Below, piece by piece: positions 1-13,030 of a stretch of 64,000 nucleotides of DNA (position 1 is its first letter; every line of letters starts with the position of its first letter). The DNA comes from Cirrosporium novae-zelandiae (Eukaryota): contig JAPETS010000051.1 of assembly GCA_026023565.1 (NCBI GenBank), forward strand, positions 62,001-126,000, written 5' to 3'. The translations under genes and the position numbers were made by a program. The notes beneath the pieces are model-generated. The model made no database searches, was not told the DNA's origin, and was given only the letters and a program-made list of their open reading frames with translations.

Positions 1-623
1 ACCTCTATGTCTATATGTCTAGGCATCGCGCCCTCGACAACCTACCGCGTTTTCCTCACCGACATAACCGCAAAACCCTTTGACCGCACTGCAAATACCA
101 CATCCGGAGTTTCTCAAGCCCCCGTCGACTCCTTCGACATTAGCCTCGGTGAATTCCGGACTCATTCTATAGCCGAAGAGCTGCTCCCGAGCATAACATC
201 TATCAGCACCCTCCCCGACGCCTCCTTCAATCTAACCTCCGTCCCCAAGGGCCTCAATCTTTACGGCGGCGGTAGCGGCACCTTCTTCTAGGGCATGAAC
301 ACAATCCTCAAATGGGGTGCCCTAGAATTCCATGTTAGCGGGACTGTCGCCGTTAACGAAACTGCTATTGGCGTCGCCTCAGGCACTGGCAAAATATTAT
401 TGAGAGAAGTCCTCCTTTGTGGTACATCGACATGGCAGCTGCGGTAATAGGTCATATTTGTAAGACTTGACACGAGCGGGTTCCTCTTGTGGGCGTTTCT
501 AGAGATGGGATAGATCTCGTGGCGGCCGTCGGGATACACGATGGTCGTGAAGGCCCGACGCGGGTAGTTGCCTACGGCGTAGCTGTCCCATACACACATC
601 TTGAACCCGTTTTCGAGTACCAT
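1..623 (-). pseudogene. Degenerate ORF or repeat remnant of unknown origin
   Basis: The 111-aa ORF 288..623 continues past 288 in coding-like sequence broken by several in-frame stops (TAG/TGA), and the region is rich in CTAG/TpA. No family recognised. Confidence 0.3.
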
Positions 624-1476
624 GATCCATAAATTCTAGCCTACAGTGTCGAAACTAGGACCGTGTTGCCGGTGTTCTAGGACATTGATTTTTGGGGGTC
701 CTCGCAAAAAGACCTCTTCAGTAGCAATATATTCAATATATTATATTTCTGCTTACATACTATACACCAGCTCTCCTCTCACATGTAGCCTACACCCCAA
801 AACTGCGGTGGCAGTCTTACAAAATTGAACGAATAATTATCTCTGTTGAATTTTCCCTTTAATACTCTTGCTTATTTCGACCTTGTTAGTGTTTTGTTTC
901 CACCTGATTGTTTCTTCATTTCTCATCCTTGGAATGAGAAGCTTTTGAGCTCTGTTCTGAGAATTAGGGCTGAGCCGTTGTTGTTGAGCATAAGGGTATA
1001 ATGATATTCCGGGTTATCGTGCCAAGAGATCCTTTTGATAGAAGGAACAAAAGAGGTGCAAAACATGCAAACAGGAAACAAAGCTAAAATATTTTGTAGG
1101 CAGGCGAGGCACTGCCCAGGCTGGAACCAAGAAAATGACGCCACAGTACATAAATGTTGGTAAACTGTATATGAGGAACAAATGTAGCATCAATTATTGG
1201 TTCTACCCTTGTGATGTTTGACTTCCTACAAAGAATTTTGGCATTTCCTGATGCACTTAGGCAACAAGCTTCTCTAAAGTATAGCCATGACAGAGAACCT
1301 AGATTGCCTGACTATATGTTATATACAGAGCTTTCCTCATCCTGAAAGCTCTTCGTCTTGTTACATTTCGTGGATTGAAACCTAGCTATTGGCTTTAGTT
1401 TTATTGTTGATATTTTTATCACTACGACAAGGTCCATTTACTTAATTTTCTAGATTACCCTTTGGACTAGGTAGAT

Positions 1477-4077
1477 ATGACTTCAGATACCACCGTCTAT
1501 CATCAAGAGTTTCTAGTACGAGATCTTAAAACCCGATCCGTAACAATCGGACCGGGATGGGCTACGGTCATTCGCGAGATCGAAGATGTTCAGATCAAAG
1601 TAAGTAGCTCCCTTGATATCCCCAACTGAATACTAATTGAGAGTTTCTAGCCTGGGCCAAATGAAATTACCATATATGGACTTGACCCTTCCGTTGATTC
1701 TGACTCCATTAAAGTGGAAGGTCATGGCGCGGCAGCTACAATTACAGATATGACCGTCGCCATGATACCAAATAAAGAGCGATTCTATGACACGTACTCC
1801 CCCATGAACGACTCCAATGACGATAGTGATGAAGAAATTGACGAAGAAAGTTCCGAGAGCGACTATGGCATTGATACCACAAACTTGGAGGCAGCCGAAG
1901 CTAAACTCCGAGATATAAAGTTTAAGATCGCAGAGGCAAACAACAAGCAATCCATGGCCCTTACTTCTCTCGAGTTTCTTGACCATTACGGCAAAACAAT
2001 AGAGGCCGACAAAGCGGAAGTGTCGGAGGTAAAACAATATCTCACTCTATACGAAGAACAGCGAGTTATTCTAAATGGAAAATACCAAAAGAGCGCCACA
2101 GAAATTGCCGAGGCGGGGACAGAGCTTAAGAAGCAGGAAAAAAAAGTAGCCAAGCTTAAAAGGGCAGTTTCGATTGCCCTAGAGAAGGCCTCGAGGGCTG
2201 ATCGTAAAGAAAAGTATAAGAAACGGAATGCGAGAGATCAGAGGCGACAAGTGAAAGCCTTAAAGCAGCAAGAGCGTCGTAAATTCTGGCCTAGAACTAT
2301 TGGACAGGTCATTTTACATATAGAGGGTTGTTCGCCGTCTGATTTCACTCCTGCATCCACCCCTGGAGGTCCCAACTCTTCCCCCAAGCAAAATGACTCG
2401 GCTGATCCCAGTAGCCTAGAGTCATCCAGCGATAAGTTAACTCTTCTGCTAACTTATGTTATCGGCAATGCTTCCTGGGAGCCTCGCTATGAGCTCCGCC
2501 TGGACACACCTTCGTCCAGTGGTAACCTAATCTACTGCGCGGAATTTAGAAATACAAGCTCTGAGACATGGAAGAACGCAAAAGTTACGCTCTCAACCTC
2601 ACAGGCATCTTTCTCTGGTCTCGACCAGAAAGCCCCCAAAATAGAACCATGGCAAATCAAATTTGTGGACGGACGGCCATTCACCATGGATGAGTCCTGG
2701 ACTGGAGCACTACAGACAACGAAAGAACTACAAACTGGATTGTCACAATTCGAACGGCCTTTCCAAAAGTCTACCCAGAAAAACCAACCTATATTTGGTG
2801 GTTATGGACATGGAACATTTGGAGAAAAACCTCATACCAGCAGCTTATTTGGCAAACCTCTACCATCCCAACAAAATTGGTAAGTTCCCTCAAGACATTT
2901 TACCAATGTCTCAAACACGCAAGAAGTTCAACAAGCTAACGCCCAGATTCAAAGGCCGAATCAGTTACAGCAGGCACAAGCTCAAACAACATTATTCCCC
3001 GGTGGCAATGGTTCCTCAGCATTTGGTTCGACAAATCGTCCTCAGCAGCTCAGTGGAGGCCTTTTCGGTTCTTCAAATACACAGCAATCTACTAGTGCTG
3101 TGCCTTTGGAGTTTCTACATACACAGCAACCCACTAGCGCCGGGCTTTTTGGTTCAACTGCTCAGACTTCTAGAGGTGGGGTTTTCAGCTCTCTTGACCC
3201 TGCCAATGAGTCGGTCCCTATGCCTTCTCAATCGGAAATGCAACAACCACAGCAAATGTACCAACCCGCAACCCAGCCCTTCAGCGTAACAATAGGAGAA
3301 GAAGATGAAGGCTCGTGGCCTCTTGAATCTGCCACCGCTTTCACACTCACGAACGGGCTTAGTACTACATTCACAATCCCAAAACCTCTTACACTTTCCC
3401 CTTCTACGCACCCTCATCGTCATTCAATTACTACTATGAGCATTTGTCCGACTCTCTCATATACAATTATCCCAAAGCTTCGATCAGCAGCGTTCTTATC
3501 TGCAATAATGAGAAATGATAGCACGGTAACCCTCTTACCTGGCCGCATGGGCCTCACTCTTGACGATGTTTTCCTTGGGACAACCGAAATCAATCGCGTT
3601 GAAGCTGGTGAGAGATGCAAGGTTGGCTTGGGAGTTGATGATAGTATTCACGTGAACTACGCCAAGCCTACCGTTAAGAGCGCTGCAGACAAGGGTTGGG
3701 CGTCTGTATTTGCAGGCAGCAAGGACGAGGTGGCTATTTTCACTAGGACTTGTTGGGTTAGGAATATGAAGACTCAGGATGTCAAATTCGTGGTTAGGGA
3801 GCAGGTTCCGGTGAGCCAAGACGAGAAGTGCAAGATTTATTTGAAACAACCCAAGGGACTGGGTCTGGAGGAGGTGGGAAAGAAGGTGGTGGTTGATGCG
3901 GTCGTGGATGGTGATAAAGGAACAGGACTAGGCAAAGGGGGCAAGGCAGTAGCAATATTGGAAAAAGATGGGGAGGTGAAATGGGAGGTTACCTTGGGTA
4001 AGGGAGGGAAGTGCAAATTGGTATTGGAGTATGAGTGCAAAATTCCTGCCGGGGGAAGAGTTTTATGCGTGGATTAG
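1477..4077 (+). CDS. DUF4140/DUF4139 (mucoidy-inhibitor-like) protein with an FG-rich low-complexity insert
   Basis: ATG at 1477, intron 1600-1650 (GTAAGT..TACTAAT..TAG). N-terminal TRSVTI..ATVIREI..PGPNEITIYGL, a coiled coil, then LTYVIGNASWEPRYELRL, NTSSETW.NAKVTLST and VREQVPVSQDE, as in DUF4139 proteins. The in-frame TAA at 2881 is probably removed by an intron starting at 2880. Confidence 0.8.
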
Positions 4078-4768
4078 CGTCAGATGAAGCTTTACGGCCG
4101 TTGGTAGCTAGTTATGACTTTATTTACAAATGGACAGTGGATCAAGGCCCAAACTCGATATTAGTGAAGTCTCTAGTGTATAATTTTTGTCTACGCGGGG
4201 GTTGTGCGAAGTAGGAGATGTAGTCGCGTGACTGGAAAGGACCTACGCAATAGTCGATAAAATGATGGTGTCAAGGGAGGATGTAATTTGTGGCCTTGTG
4301 TTATTTACAACAACGAAAGAGGAATCTTGAAAAATGAAAACGAAACAGGAAAGAGGTTGGTGCAGTGCAGTAAGGGATAAAAAAAAATGCAAGGTTCGGA
4401 TCCAGGAATGCATTAAATACATTGTGGCTTCGATGAACTGAAAAGATATGCCCCTTGCCGAGAAATCACTCACTTAGCGTCAAGATAATTTATATGATTG
4501 GCTCATTTGGATAACCTACCTGTATTCTGTCAGCAAAAGTAATCTATCTTGATAACATAATTTAGACGACAGTTTTCGACATCAGCACATCATTTGCCAA
4601 GAAATTGAGCATTCAATGAACGTTCGAGGAACAAAAGTCGCGCTTCACAGGTGTCACGAGAGGATTGATGGGAAATCCGGAGCCTTTTAAAAAAAATTGT
4701 GGTAAAGCCGTTACATGGACCATGGAACCGTGGATCTTGCGGCCATAGCCCAAGACACCGGTGTTGCC

Positions 4769-4796
4769 AGGCACCGAGGCACCAAGGCACCGAGGC
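4769..4796. repeat. Tandem 8-bp repeat AGGCACCR x3.5
   Basis: AGGCACCG AGGCACCA AGGCACCG AGGC, with a degenerate copy AGACACCG at 4753. Confidence 0.8.
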
Positions 4797-5776
4797 CCTG
4801 GGGGAGACCTCAAGGGGATCACCGGCTAGTTAGTAAGAAGCTTGATTGAACTTGGCTCCAAATGAAGGCGTAGCCAAATCCTTGAAATGGAAAGTTTGAA
4901 TTTCGTTAATTAATTATTAATTACCGTGGAAATGGAAATACTTAGGTAAGGTAATTAAAACTAACTAAACCAAAGGGAGATGATTAAATTATGGTTGATT
5001 AAAGACTTATATATTTAGGTAGTCATCTTTTACCCCCCCTGTTGTTACTTACATAACTCATTCTTGGTCCATAAAAAATGTACAAGGAAAAGAGTAATAA
5101 TGAATGTATGGTAAAAGGTGGCAATGCAGGTAAAGGTAAGGGTCAGGTTTTGGTAATTAATTAGATTCTAGTTGGTATTAACATGTTTTTTCCTTTCAGG
5201 GCCACGCAAGCCACCAGTTAGCCGCCAAAAGCTACGTAAAAATTGGAGACAAATCTTCTTGGGATGCCACCAAATCCCCCTTCGTATTCCCTCCCTTCGG
5301 ATCCGGGACCAGTTGACGCAATGCACCCAGGCTGTACCAACAATACACCCAATTGTCAACAGGGGAGTTAATACCACTGGAAAACATGGGTTGTCAAGTC
5401 AAGTTTGCCTTTCGTGCCATTTAGGTCTGTGAGCACGCGACATGTTCCGAGTTGTCTTGTTTTAAAGATCATCCCTGTGTTGACCCAGCATACCCAGCAC
5501 AAGACCCCCAGGATCCCCAAGACAAGAAGAAAACACATAGGAATCCAATCTGAATAAAAATACATTAACATTCCCACCAGCCCCATTCACTTTTGTTGCA
5601 CGATTTGTGGTCCAACCTTCAATCTCTTCACGAGATTCTTTCCATATCAGCCTTTTCAACTCCTTTATTCTTTCTTCATCATCTCAGCCGTTTTTGTTCC
5701 CTTGAACAGTTCTCCATCGTCCTGTCATGCCGATGCCAAGCCCGCGAAGCTAAACTCTACCGTCATCGTTCCGCAG

Positions 5777-7187
5777 ATGCTCTTCTGTCAGGCCGCCCGT
5801 TACCTGCTAACGCTCCCGTTGCTGTTCCAGTCTGTAGTTGCCATACCTGTCACCTTGCAGAAGCGCGATGCCGATTTCTGGAGTGTGCGAACTAGATTAT
5901 CTAAAGATTACAGCGGCAGAGGAGGAGATCCAGACAGCAAATACTTTCGTGAGTTTGACGTCAAACCTTGGAACTATTTTTATGAATGTGAAACTAATCT
6001 AAATGAATATAGATGAATCGGTGTAAGTTCTTACCACAACGTTGGGAAATAATGCTGGTACTAAATATATGTGTCATGTCAGCTTTGATCCGCATTATGA
6101 TGGAAGGTCGGTGAAGCTTACAATTTCTTGAACAATGGTGAAGAAGCGCTGGGCTGACGGTAGATGTGCAGGTTTGGCGAACGCCGACTTTCCTATGATG
6201 ACAGGGGTCGGCATCTCAAAGCTCTCATTCAAACATACCTCGCTACGATGAATGACATTGGAGCCGACACATGGATAATGCACGGAACTTTACTTGGCTG
6301 GTGGTGGAATCATGATGTATGGCATGAACTTTGAACTTTGACATGGATTTGGTATCGGAACTAACAACCATTCAAGATTCTTCCATGGGATTCGGATCTT
6401 GACGTCCAGGTCTCCAATCAAACAATGTATTTCCTAGCCGACTACTACAACATGACGGTCCACCATTTCAAATTGCCGCATGTACCAGAAGGCCGTGACT
6501 ACATGCTTGAAATCAACCCTTATATGAAAAACCCGAGTACCGAGGATCGCAATAATAAGATTGATGCAAGATGGATAGATACAGAAACAGGACAGTTTAT
6601 TGATATTACATCTCTGAGACCAAATCACACAGCTAGAGAAGAGGGAGTTGAGGGGGCCTTGATGTGTAAAGATAACCATCATTATCTGGTACGAAACGCC
6701 TACCTCTAAAACCATTTAGGACATATAACCAATGATGCGCCTTCTACAGGAAACCGATATCTTCCCATTACGAGACACAATTTTCGCAGACACCCCCTGC
6801 AAAGTCCCTTATGAATACGCTGCCGTATTGGAAGAAGAATATGGGAAAGAATCCCTAACTAAGGATGTCTACGAAAAGTTTATCTTCCTCCCTTTTTGAG
6901 CTCTCTCGATCACTAACCCTCTCCTAGCCACTACTTCAACCAAACCTCCAACAAATGGGAACCCCTAAAGTCAGTGCCCTCGTTGCCACCTTAAATTCAA
7001 CATCGAACTTGATACAACATGATCAATTGTTTGCACGCCTTTTAGTACTTGTTTATTCACCCATCATGTCTCTTCCTTAATACTAACCATATTCCGCTGC
7101 CACAGAGACCAAAAAGGCCAACGGGGTGTAACCATTCCTAAAGAACCAAAACCCGCTTGGAGCCCTCATGAACAACGACCCTTTTGA
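5777..7187 (+). CDS. LicD-family nucleotidyltransferase-fold protein (MNN4-like mannosylphosphorylation protein)
   Basis: Signal peptide MLFCQAARYLLTLPLLFQSVVA. Spliced exons give KYFHES..FDPHYDGRF, TWIMHGTLLGWWWN, ILPWDSDLDVQV and IDARWIDTETGQFIDIT. The last exon ends at TGA 7185-7187. Confidence 0.85.
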
Positions 7188-8355
7188 ACCATGTCACTCA
7201 ACGCCCAAGGTCCTCTCAAAAGAATCCGGATCTTTGTACTAACAGACCTCTCATACTCATACTATTCTAATACACCACAGCCCGCACCCGCATCTCCCTC
7301 ATCTAAACCAAGGTTTTCGGCTCTTTTCACTTCCTCGCGTTAAGTGCTCATACCCTACACGCGTGCATTTGTTCCAGGTCGCATAGCAAGCGAAGGCGTT
7401 TTTAATGGAAAGGTTGGGGTTTGGGGGGCGGTATTATCATAAAGAATGCATTTAACTGGCGCTTATTTTTTATTTATTTGGCTTGCCCGAGGAGGGGGGT
7501 CGATGAAGGATGTAGATTATATCTGGCATTGTTTCACTCTTACTGGTTTGTGGCTTTTCGAGGGCGGGGAGGGGGAGATGAGGATGAAAAGGATTGGAAA
7601 AGAAAAATAGTGTTTATGAAATAAAGATCAAGGAAGTGTTATTTATGGGTTAGGCTGGGTCTGGGCCTGGTATGGTAATGGTTAGATCAGGCCAGATTGA
7701 CTGACTTTTACAGACAAATCGGATATGAAATGAAATAGAAAAACTACCTCTTCACGACTGATTGAGCCGAGCTTCATCTACCCGTCCATCTAATCGAGAA
7801 AAGGAAAAAAGTAGATTTCCCTTGGTTCCTAGTGAAGTCAGCCAACAGGTTGAAAACCTGATTTCCCGGAGACTCTCACTCATGGGAGGGAAAGGGAGTT
7901 ATATATAACCTCATTAATGTTTGTAACCTTTAATATATTCGACACAGTGAACTTTTATCCATTTTCATCCTCGAGTGAATAAGTAGTTAATAGGATCATG
8001 TCGAAAGCAAAAAAAAAAATCACATGTGGTAGAGAATTTTGCCAAACACACGCACATCTTGATTAGCTGGCTGGCCCGGTTCCATCCCATCGTACATCCC
8101 AGCAGCTAAGAACCAACCAACCCAAGTTTGCGTAACCCCGTAGTTAATAGTTATTGCACCCCAAAAACCATGCGACCCGGCCGGCTATCAGAACCACACA
8201 CACGCACACCACACCACGCCCCAAGTTAACATCTCTTTGAGAGAGGGAGAGAGAACCCTTTTTAATCCACCGGAATTTGCATTTCCATAAGAATACTTTC
8301 TTACTCCGTTTTTTCGATTTGGATTCAAGTCGAATTTTATAAACGTCGCTCTCGC

Positions 8356-9212
8356 TTATTTATGGAAGAATTTCCCGATAACTAGGGTTTTGATAAGTTG
8401 GGTTGGTTAGCAAACTTTCTAAGGGATATGTCGTTGTTGCCAGGCTCCTAGTTCTTCTTATTGGGCTGGGTGGTGTCTGCTTTTTGTCTAGGTTGCTGGG
8501 ATGGTGACTCCTGCTAGCGGGCTAAGGGATATGGGATATACGTACGGTGTAGTGCAACAACGCTGAAGATAAAACCGAGGGACAGGACGAGAAGAATGAC
8601 GGGGTCGACACGGAATCCCTGGGACTCGTCTGTGTAGAGTTCTAGAGGAAAGATGGCAGTCAGCTCGATTTGTTACTATCGCCAATTGGGACATGGGAAG
8701 GGCGCTGCGGCGAGGCACGAAGGTGTAATAGAGCATCCTCCGCGGCGCGCATATACATATATAGTAGAGCTGAAGGAAAGGAATGGGAGTATTTCTCTTC
8801 CGATGCTCTTCATATGCCGTTTCTTGCAGCTCCTCGCCTCCTCGAGGTGTATATTCAATCACATACTCATCATAGTGCTACTGCTTCCACCTGCGCCTGC
8901 TGCCCTAGTGCTGCTTGGTCTCTGATTTGCAAGCTTATCCGCGCGATCGGCAGCTGCCTTTCGACGGATTGCAGTCTTTGGTCCACCTGGGGGAGTTGGG
9001 GACGAGGTTCGTGCGCCGGTAGTAGTACCCATGGCGGGGGAGTTGATCGGGGAGGAAGGACGAGGTGAAGACTAATATTATTAAAGAGTAAGTTAGTTAA
9101 AATGAATTATATTGGACCCAAGGTACGAATTCATCATTTGCAAGTCCCGATGGCGGTGGGTGGTAGCGGCGACTGCTTAGGAGAGGGATAGGTGGTCTTT
9201 TTTACTTACCAT
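8356..9212 (-). CDS. SBH1: Protein translocon Sec61 subunit beta
   Basis: Four exons, the first being only ATG at 9210-9212. Protein: MSSPRPSSPINSP...SSPTPPGGPKTAIRRKAAAD...RPSSTRAAGAGGSSSTMMKLYTDESQGFRVDPVILLVLSLGFIFSVVALHLIGKFFHK*. Not in the ORF track. Confidence 0.95.
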
Positions 9213-9677
9213 CTTGATTGAATATGAAGTTTCACAAAGATAGCAAAGGAATTAGTTGAACTAAGGAAGAGTACTGTCGTGGTATGAAAAAGCTAAGAGA
9301 GAAATGAAGAAGGAGCGACAATGTCGTTTGTTGGTAAAGCACTGCTAAGAAGTTTGGTTAATTGAAGGGAAGTTCAAAGGTGGTCGGATTGGGAAAACAG
9401 CACAAACCTTGCAGGGGTACTATGTTATTGCCTAAGGCATCAATACCATATACATGTAACCGAGTACCTAAGTATATTATAGATACACTACTTGAATCTA
9501 ATTCCACTATATCATGTATTCATACCACACAGTTATTGCTATAAATTATTGTAAGCTCAGAATATTATAAACCATAGCCATTTCGTTCATTTCTCGTTAA
9601 TTCTTTTCCCAAATCCCTCCTTCCAACTGCTCAATCCATTTGACCACACTTCAAGGGTTAAAACTCCGAGTTCCAAA

Positions 9678-10253
9678 CTATGCGCAGCACTGGACGTCAG
9701 ATGGACCAGGACAATAGCCCCTACATCCCATGAGTCAGTATGGATGGGATTAACTGGCTTATCACGAGTTCTATCAGACCAAGGGGCACCGAGAGCTTAC
9801 TTGTGAAACTTCCCATCGCAACTTTTGTAGGTATTTGTACAATATCCAGATTTTCCTAGGGGGGAGCATCCTACATAAATACAGCATTGCACGTCTGTAA
9901 GATCTAGTCATTTCGAAACGTAAGATTATTTCTGTAGTCGCAAAAACGTAAAACAAAGAGCTACGATATCCTTTGGACAATAGCCCTTCCAGGAAATACC
10001 ACCACAACTTCCAGTATGCTGGCAGGTTCCGGAGAGACCCTAAGAAGGTTGAATCTTAAGTCAGACAATCGAAGTTTAATGAAAAAAACAGGATATTGAT
10101 GTTTACTTCACTGGTAACTTTGCAGGAACTTCCAACAGATCGACCACTAAGTTCTCCAGCACGTTTCTCAGTAGCTCAATGTTGAGGTAAATCCGCAACA
10201 CTAGCAAATACAGAGGCAAAGAGGACCAAGGACAGCATAACAAACGACTTCAT
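9678..10253 (-). pseudogene. Small secreted Cys-rich protein (two GYCP..DVQCC modules), pseudogenised
   Basis: Reconstruction: MKSFVMLSLVLFASVFASVADLPQH*ATEKRAGELSGRSVGSSCKVTSE / GLSGTCQHTGSCGGISWKGYCPK / DLTDVQCCIYVGCSPLGKSGYCTNTYKSCDGKFHK / GYCPGPSDVQCCA*. There is an in-frame TGA at codon 26, and the inferred intron-2 donor reads AT instead of GT. Confidence 0.75.
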
Positions 10254-11444
10254 GAAGACTAGAGTTAGTTGAAATCGAGTAGAGTAATAAATAGTACCGC
10301 TATAGCCGTTTTCCCATAGGTCTTTTAAAACATAACGATTCTAAGAGGACTTTTGGTCCCCTTTTATAATAAATAGTCAGTGTCAAAACAACTAGGAAAC
10401 CCCACTTTTCTAGATGAGGTTGATGTTAGTGAAGGTGAGATTCTTCTATGCAGGCTATCTACCATTGTATAAAAATCTTACTCCGCCTTGCAGATCCTAC
10501 TCCTCTAACATACCTCAACCATAGAACCCAGCAGCATTCAGCAATCACTTTAAAGCACAAAAGAATGGGATAACCTTGGCACGTAGGTTAATGTAGTAAC
10601 TCTGGCCATGTGATATACCATTATAATATCTCAAGAGGCAGTCTGGTACTACCAAGCCTGGTTGGTGCTCGCTGAAAACGGGGTGGCGAAGTGCTGGAAT
10701 TTGGCTAGGCATATTAGTTAGACTCTAGTTGGTACGGGACTTCCTTGGCGGACTGTCACCATGTGACATATTCGTGCAACAAGAGGGGTCAGATATTTCT
10801 TGAGTCCTAGCATATCCTAGACGCTAATGGCTTGTTTTCGAGGGGAGTGGCCATTATCTATACCACTAAAGTGAGCCTTTCGTATTTATTCAATAGGCGA
10901 GTAGCCAAGCAAGTATAGCCATCTATTTGGCAGAAGCCATCGTGTTTGGGATGCGTGTCCATTGCTCAGTATTATCTCATGTGAACATGATAGGTTTTTC
11001 TGCTCAGTAGATGGTATATCTTGCAATCGACTGTGGATTTGCACGCCTAAAAGTTTCGTTAATTGAGCGAGGCAATTTGAGCTTGTGTAGTGCTACCAAT
11101 GTTCAAGAATGGGCACAAGAAACTTTGCAGCTCCTTTCGATGGTTTGCTTCTCGATCTCATGAATAAGTGAGTGTAACAGCGGCATTGGGGGGTTACAAA
11201 TTAAGTCTATAAACATCTTTCAGTAGAAATTAGAGTCGTTAAAAAAGATTGCTAGTACTGCAATAACTGGGGAAACAATAAAAGCTTCAGTATGACGGGG
11301 CTACCAAGAAAGTCCTAGCTATGGCAGATCCATAACTCCTGACTGGCGAATACTAGAACACGGCATTGCTGTCCGATCGAATTAACCAGGTTTTAATATT
11401 GTCAGTGATCTAAGGATGTGATAGCAGGAGTCAATAGCCATCGA

Positions 11445-13030
11445 TCAAGACTTTTCTCCGCAAAGACCCGATATCTTTTCACCCTTTACTCCAACTAGGC
11501 TATCAAAGTATTCAAGTAGGATGCTCAAATCCAACATATCCACAAGTCCCAAACTCGGGTTTGAGCTTCTGAATACCTGCCCACCCCATAAGATACGTAC
11601 ATACCTTGTGTGACTTTCCCCCTTCTTGGAATATAGTTCGAATACGATCTCACTACCCATGCCAGGCCAAACCATCTTGTCGACCTGCAGAATGGAAAGC
11701 AGGCGCGCAATTGATCCATCATGCGCAACGTTATGCCTATAGATTAGAATACTCGCTCCAGAAACGCTATCGCGGAAATTTTGAGCCAGCTCTCCAATCC
11801 ATACACCAAACGAAGCGGTAGAAGCTTGGAGGGATTTGGGGGAGTCACGATAAATGAAGGAATACTCATACTCGCCGAGGCGGTAGACCTCGTTCGCCTC
11901 GTCTTGGTTGATACAACGACTCGAATTTCCAATTTTGCAAGGAAGGGTCTTTCCATGGCATTGGCGTGAGGAAAGGTTATCGAAGTAGTGATCCCACCAG
12001 TCATGCCACGCTGAGGAGCTAGTGTCGACGCCGGAGATAGAGTCAAGAGTATCATAAAGAGACTGAGATTCCTTCAGATGCACAGTCCAATTTGCAGCAG
12101 AGCTACCTTCACCATAACTACTATATAAATCATCGGCATCGGAACATGAATAGGCTGGCTCCAAAGAATCGATCGAATCAGGCTGAATGAGCACTGGAGT
12201 GATACCCTTTTGAGTAGATGGATACATGGCAGAGATGAGCATGCCGGCAACTTCACTCGTAATGACATTGTTTGTCACGCGATATGTGACTTTGGTAGAG
12301 TTTAAAGATGACGGAAGAAAGTTTAATAGACCATAGTAAACATCGTAGAGATCACGACCATGCTGCCAAGAATCGTCCAGGCCTGAACGTGTGATCTGGG
12401 GAAACTGACAAGTCCCATTGAATCCTGAAGGAGCGAATGGGTTGTTGGATGTTGTATACACCGACCAATAAATTGGACTAGATACGTTTCCAGAAGGTTT
12501 GATGGGTTCACCATAATAAAAGAGGCCTTCGTCAGAGCAGTACCAAGGATATGATTCTTTAGGGAAGCAGTTATCTTGATACAGAGTACGCTTATGGTGT
12601 CGATGAATCTGTCGGGTATCAGCCTTGCGGTCTTATTCGTAGTCTCTTAGCTTACCACTTCAACGTATTCCAACTGATATTCCTCGTTAGCTCGTGGATA
12701 TTCTTGCGTGCGAATATGCGGCATGTTGCACCAATTATATGTTCCATACTTAGTTCCATTAGGAAGTTGTGAGCTGTTGAAAATGAACCCATAGACACCG
12801 GTGCCATTGATCACAGTCTCCAAATTGTTGACATCCGTCGCATTTGGCGCATGCCAGTTTATATCCACTTTCCCCGAAGTTGATGTTTTATTCTGCGCAG
12901 CAATTGATGGCAGCACAAACAAGGCTGCTGCTGGCAAGATAGATGTAAATATAAACATTGCAAGAAGGAGAAAAGCCAATGTCACAAGGGCAATTAGGAG
13001 AATACTACCAGCGACGGAGACATAGAGCAT
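11445..13030 (-). CDS. Secreted histidine acid phosphatase
   Basis: Signal peptide (alternative start at 12958). Motif IHRHHKRT (RHGxRxP variant) lies just after the intron at ~12610-12655, and AHDGS is the C-terminal HD motif. Confidence 0.9.

Noticed and set aside
9071..9209. Box C-like ATGATGA in Sec61-beta intron 1
   Set aside because: No downstream box D (CTGA) within the intron.
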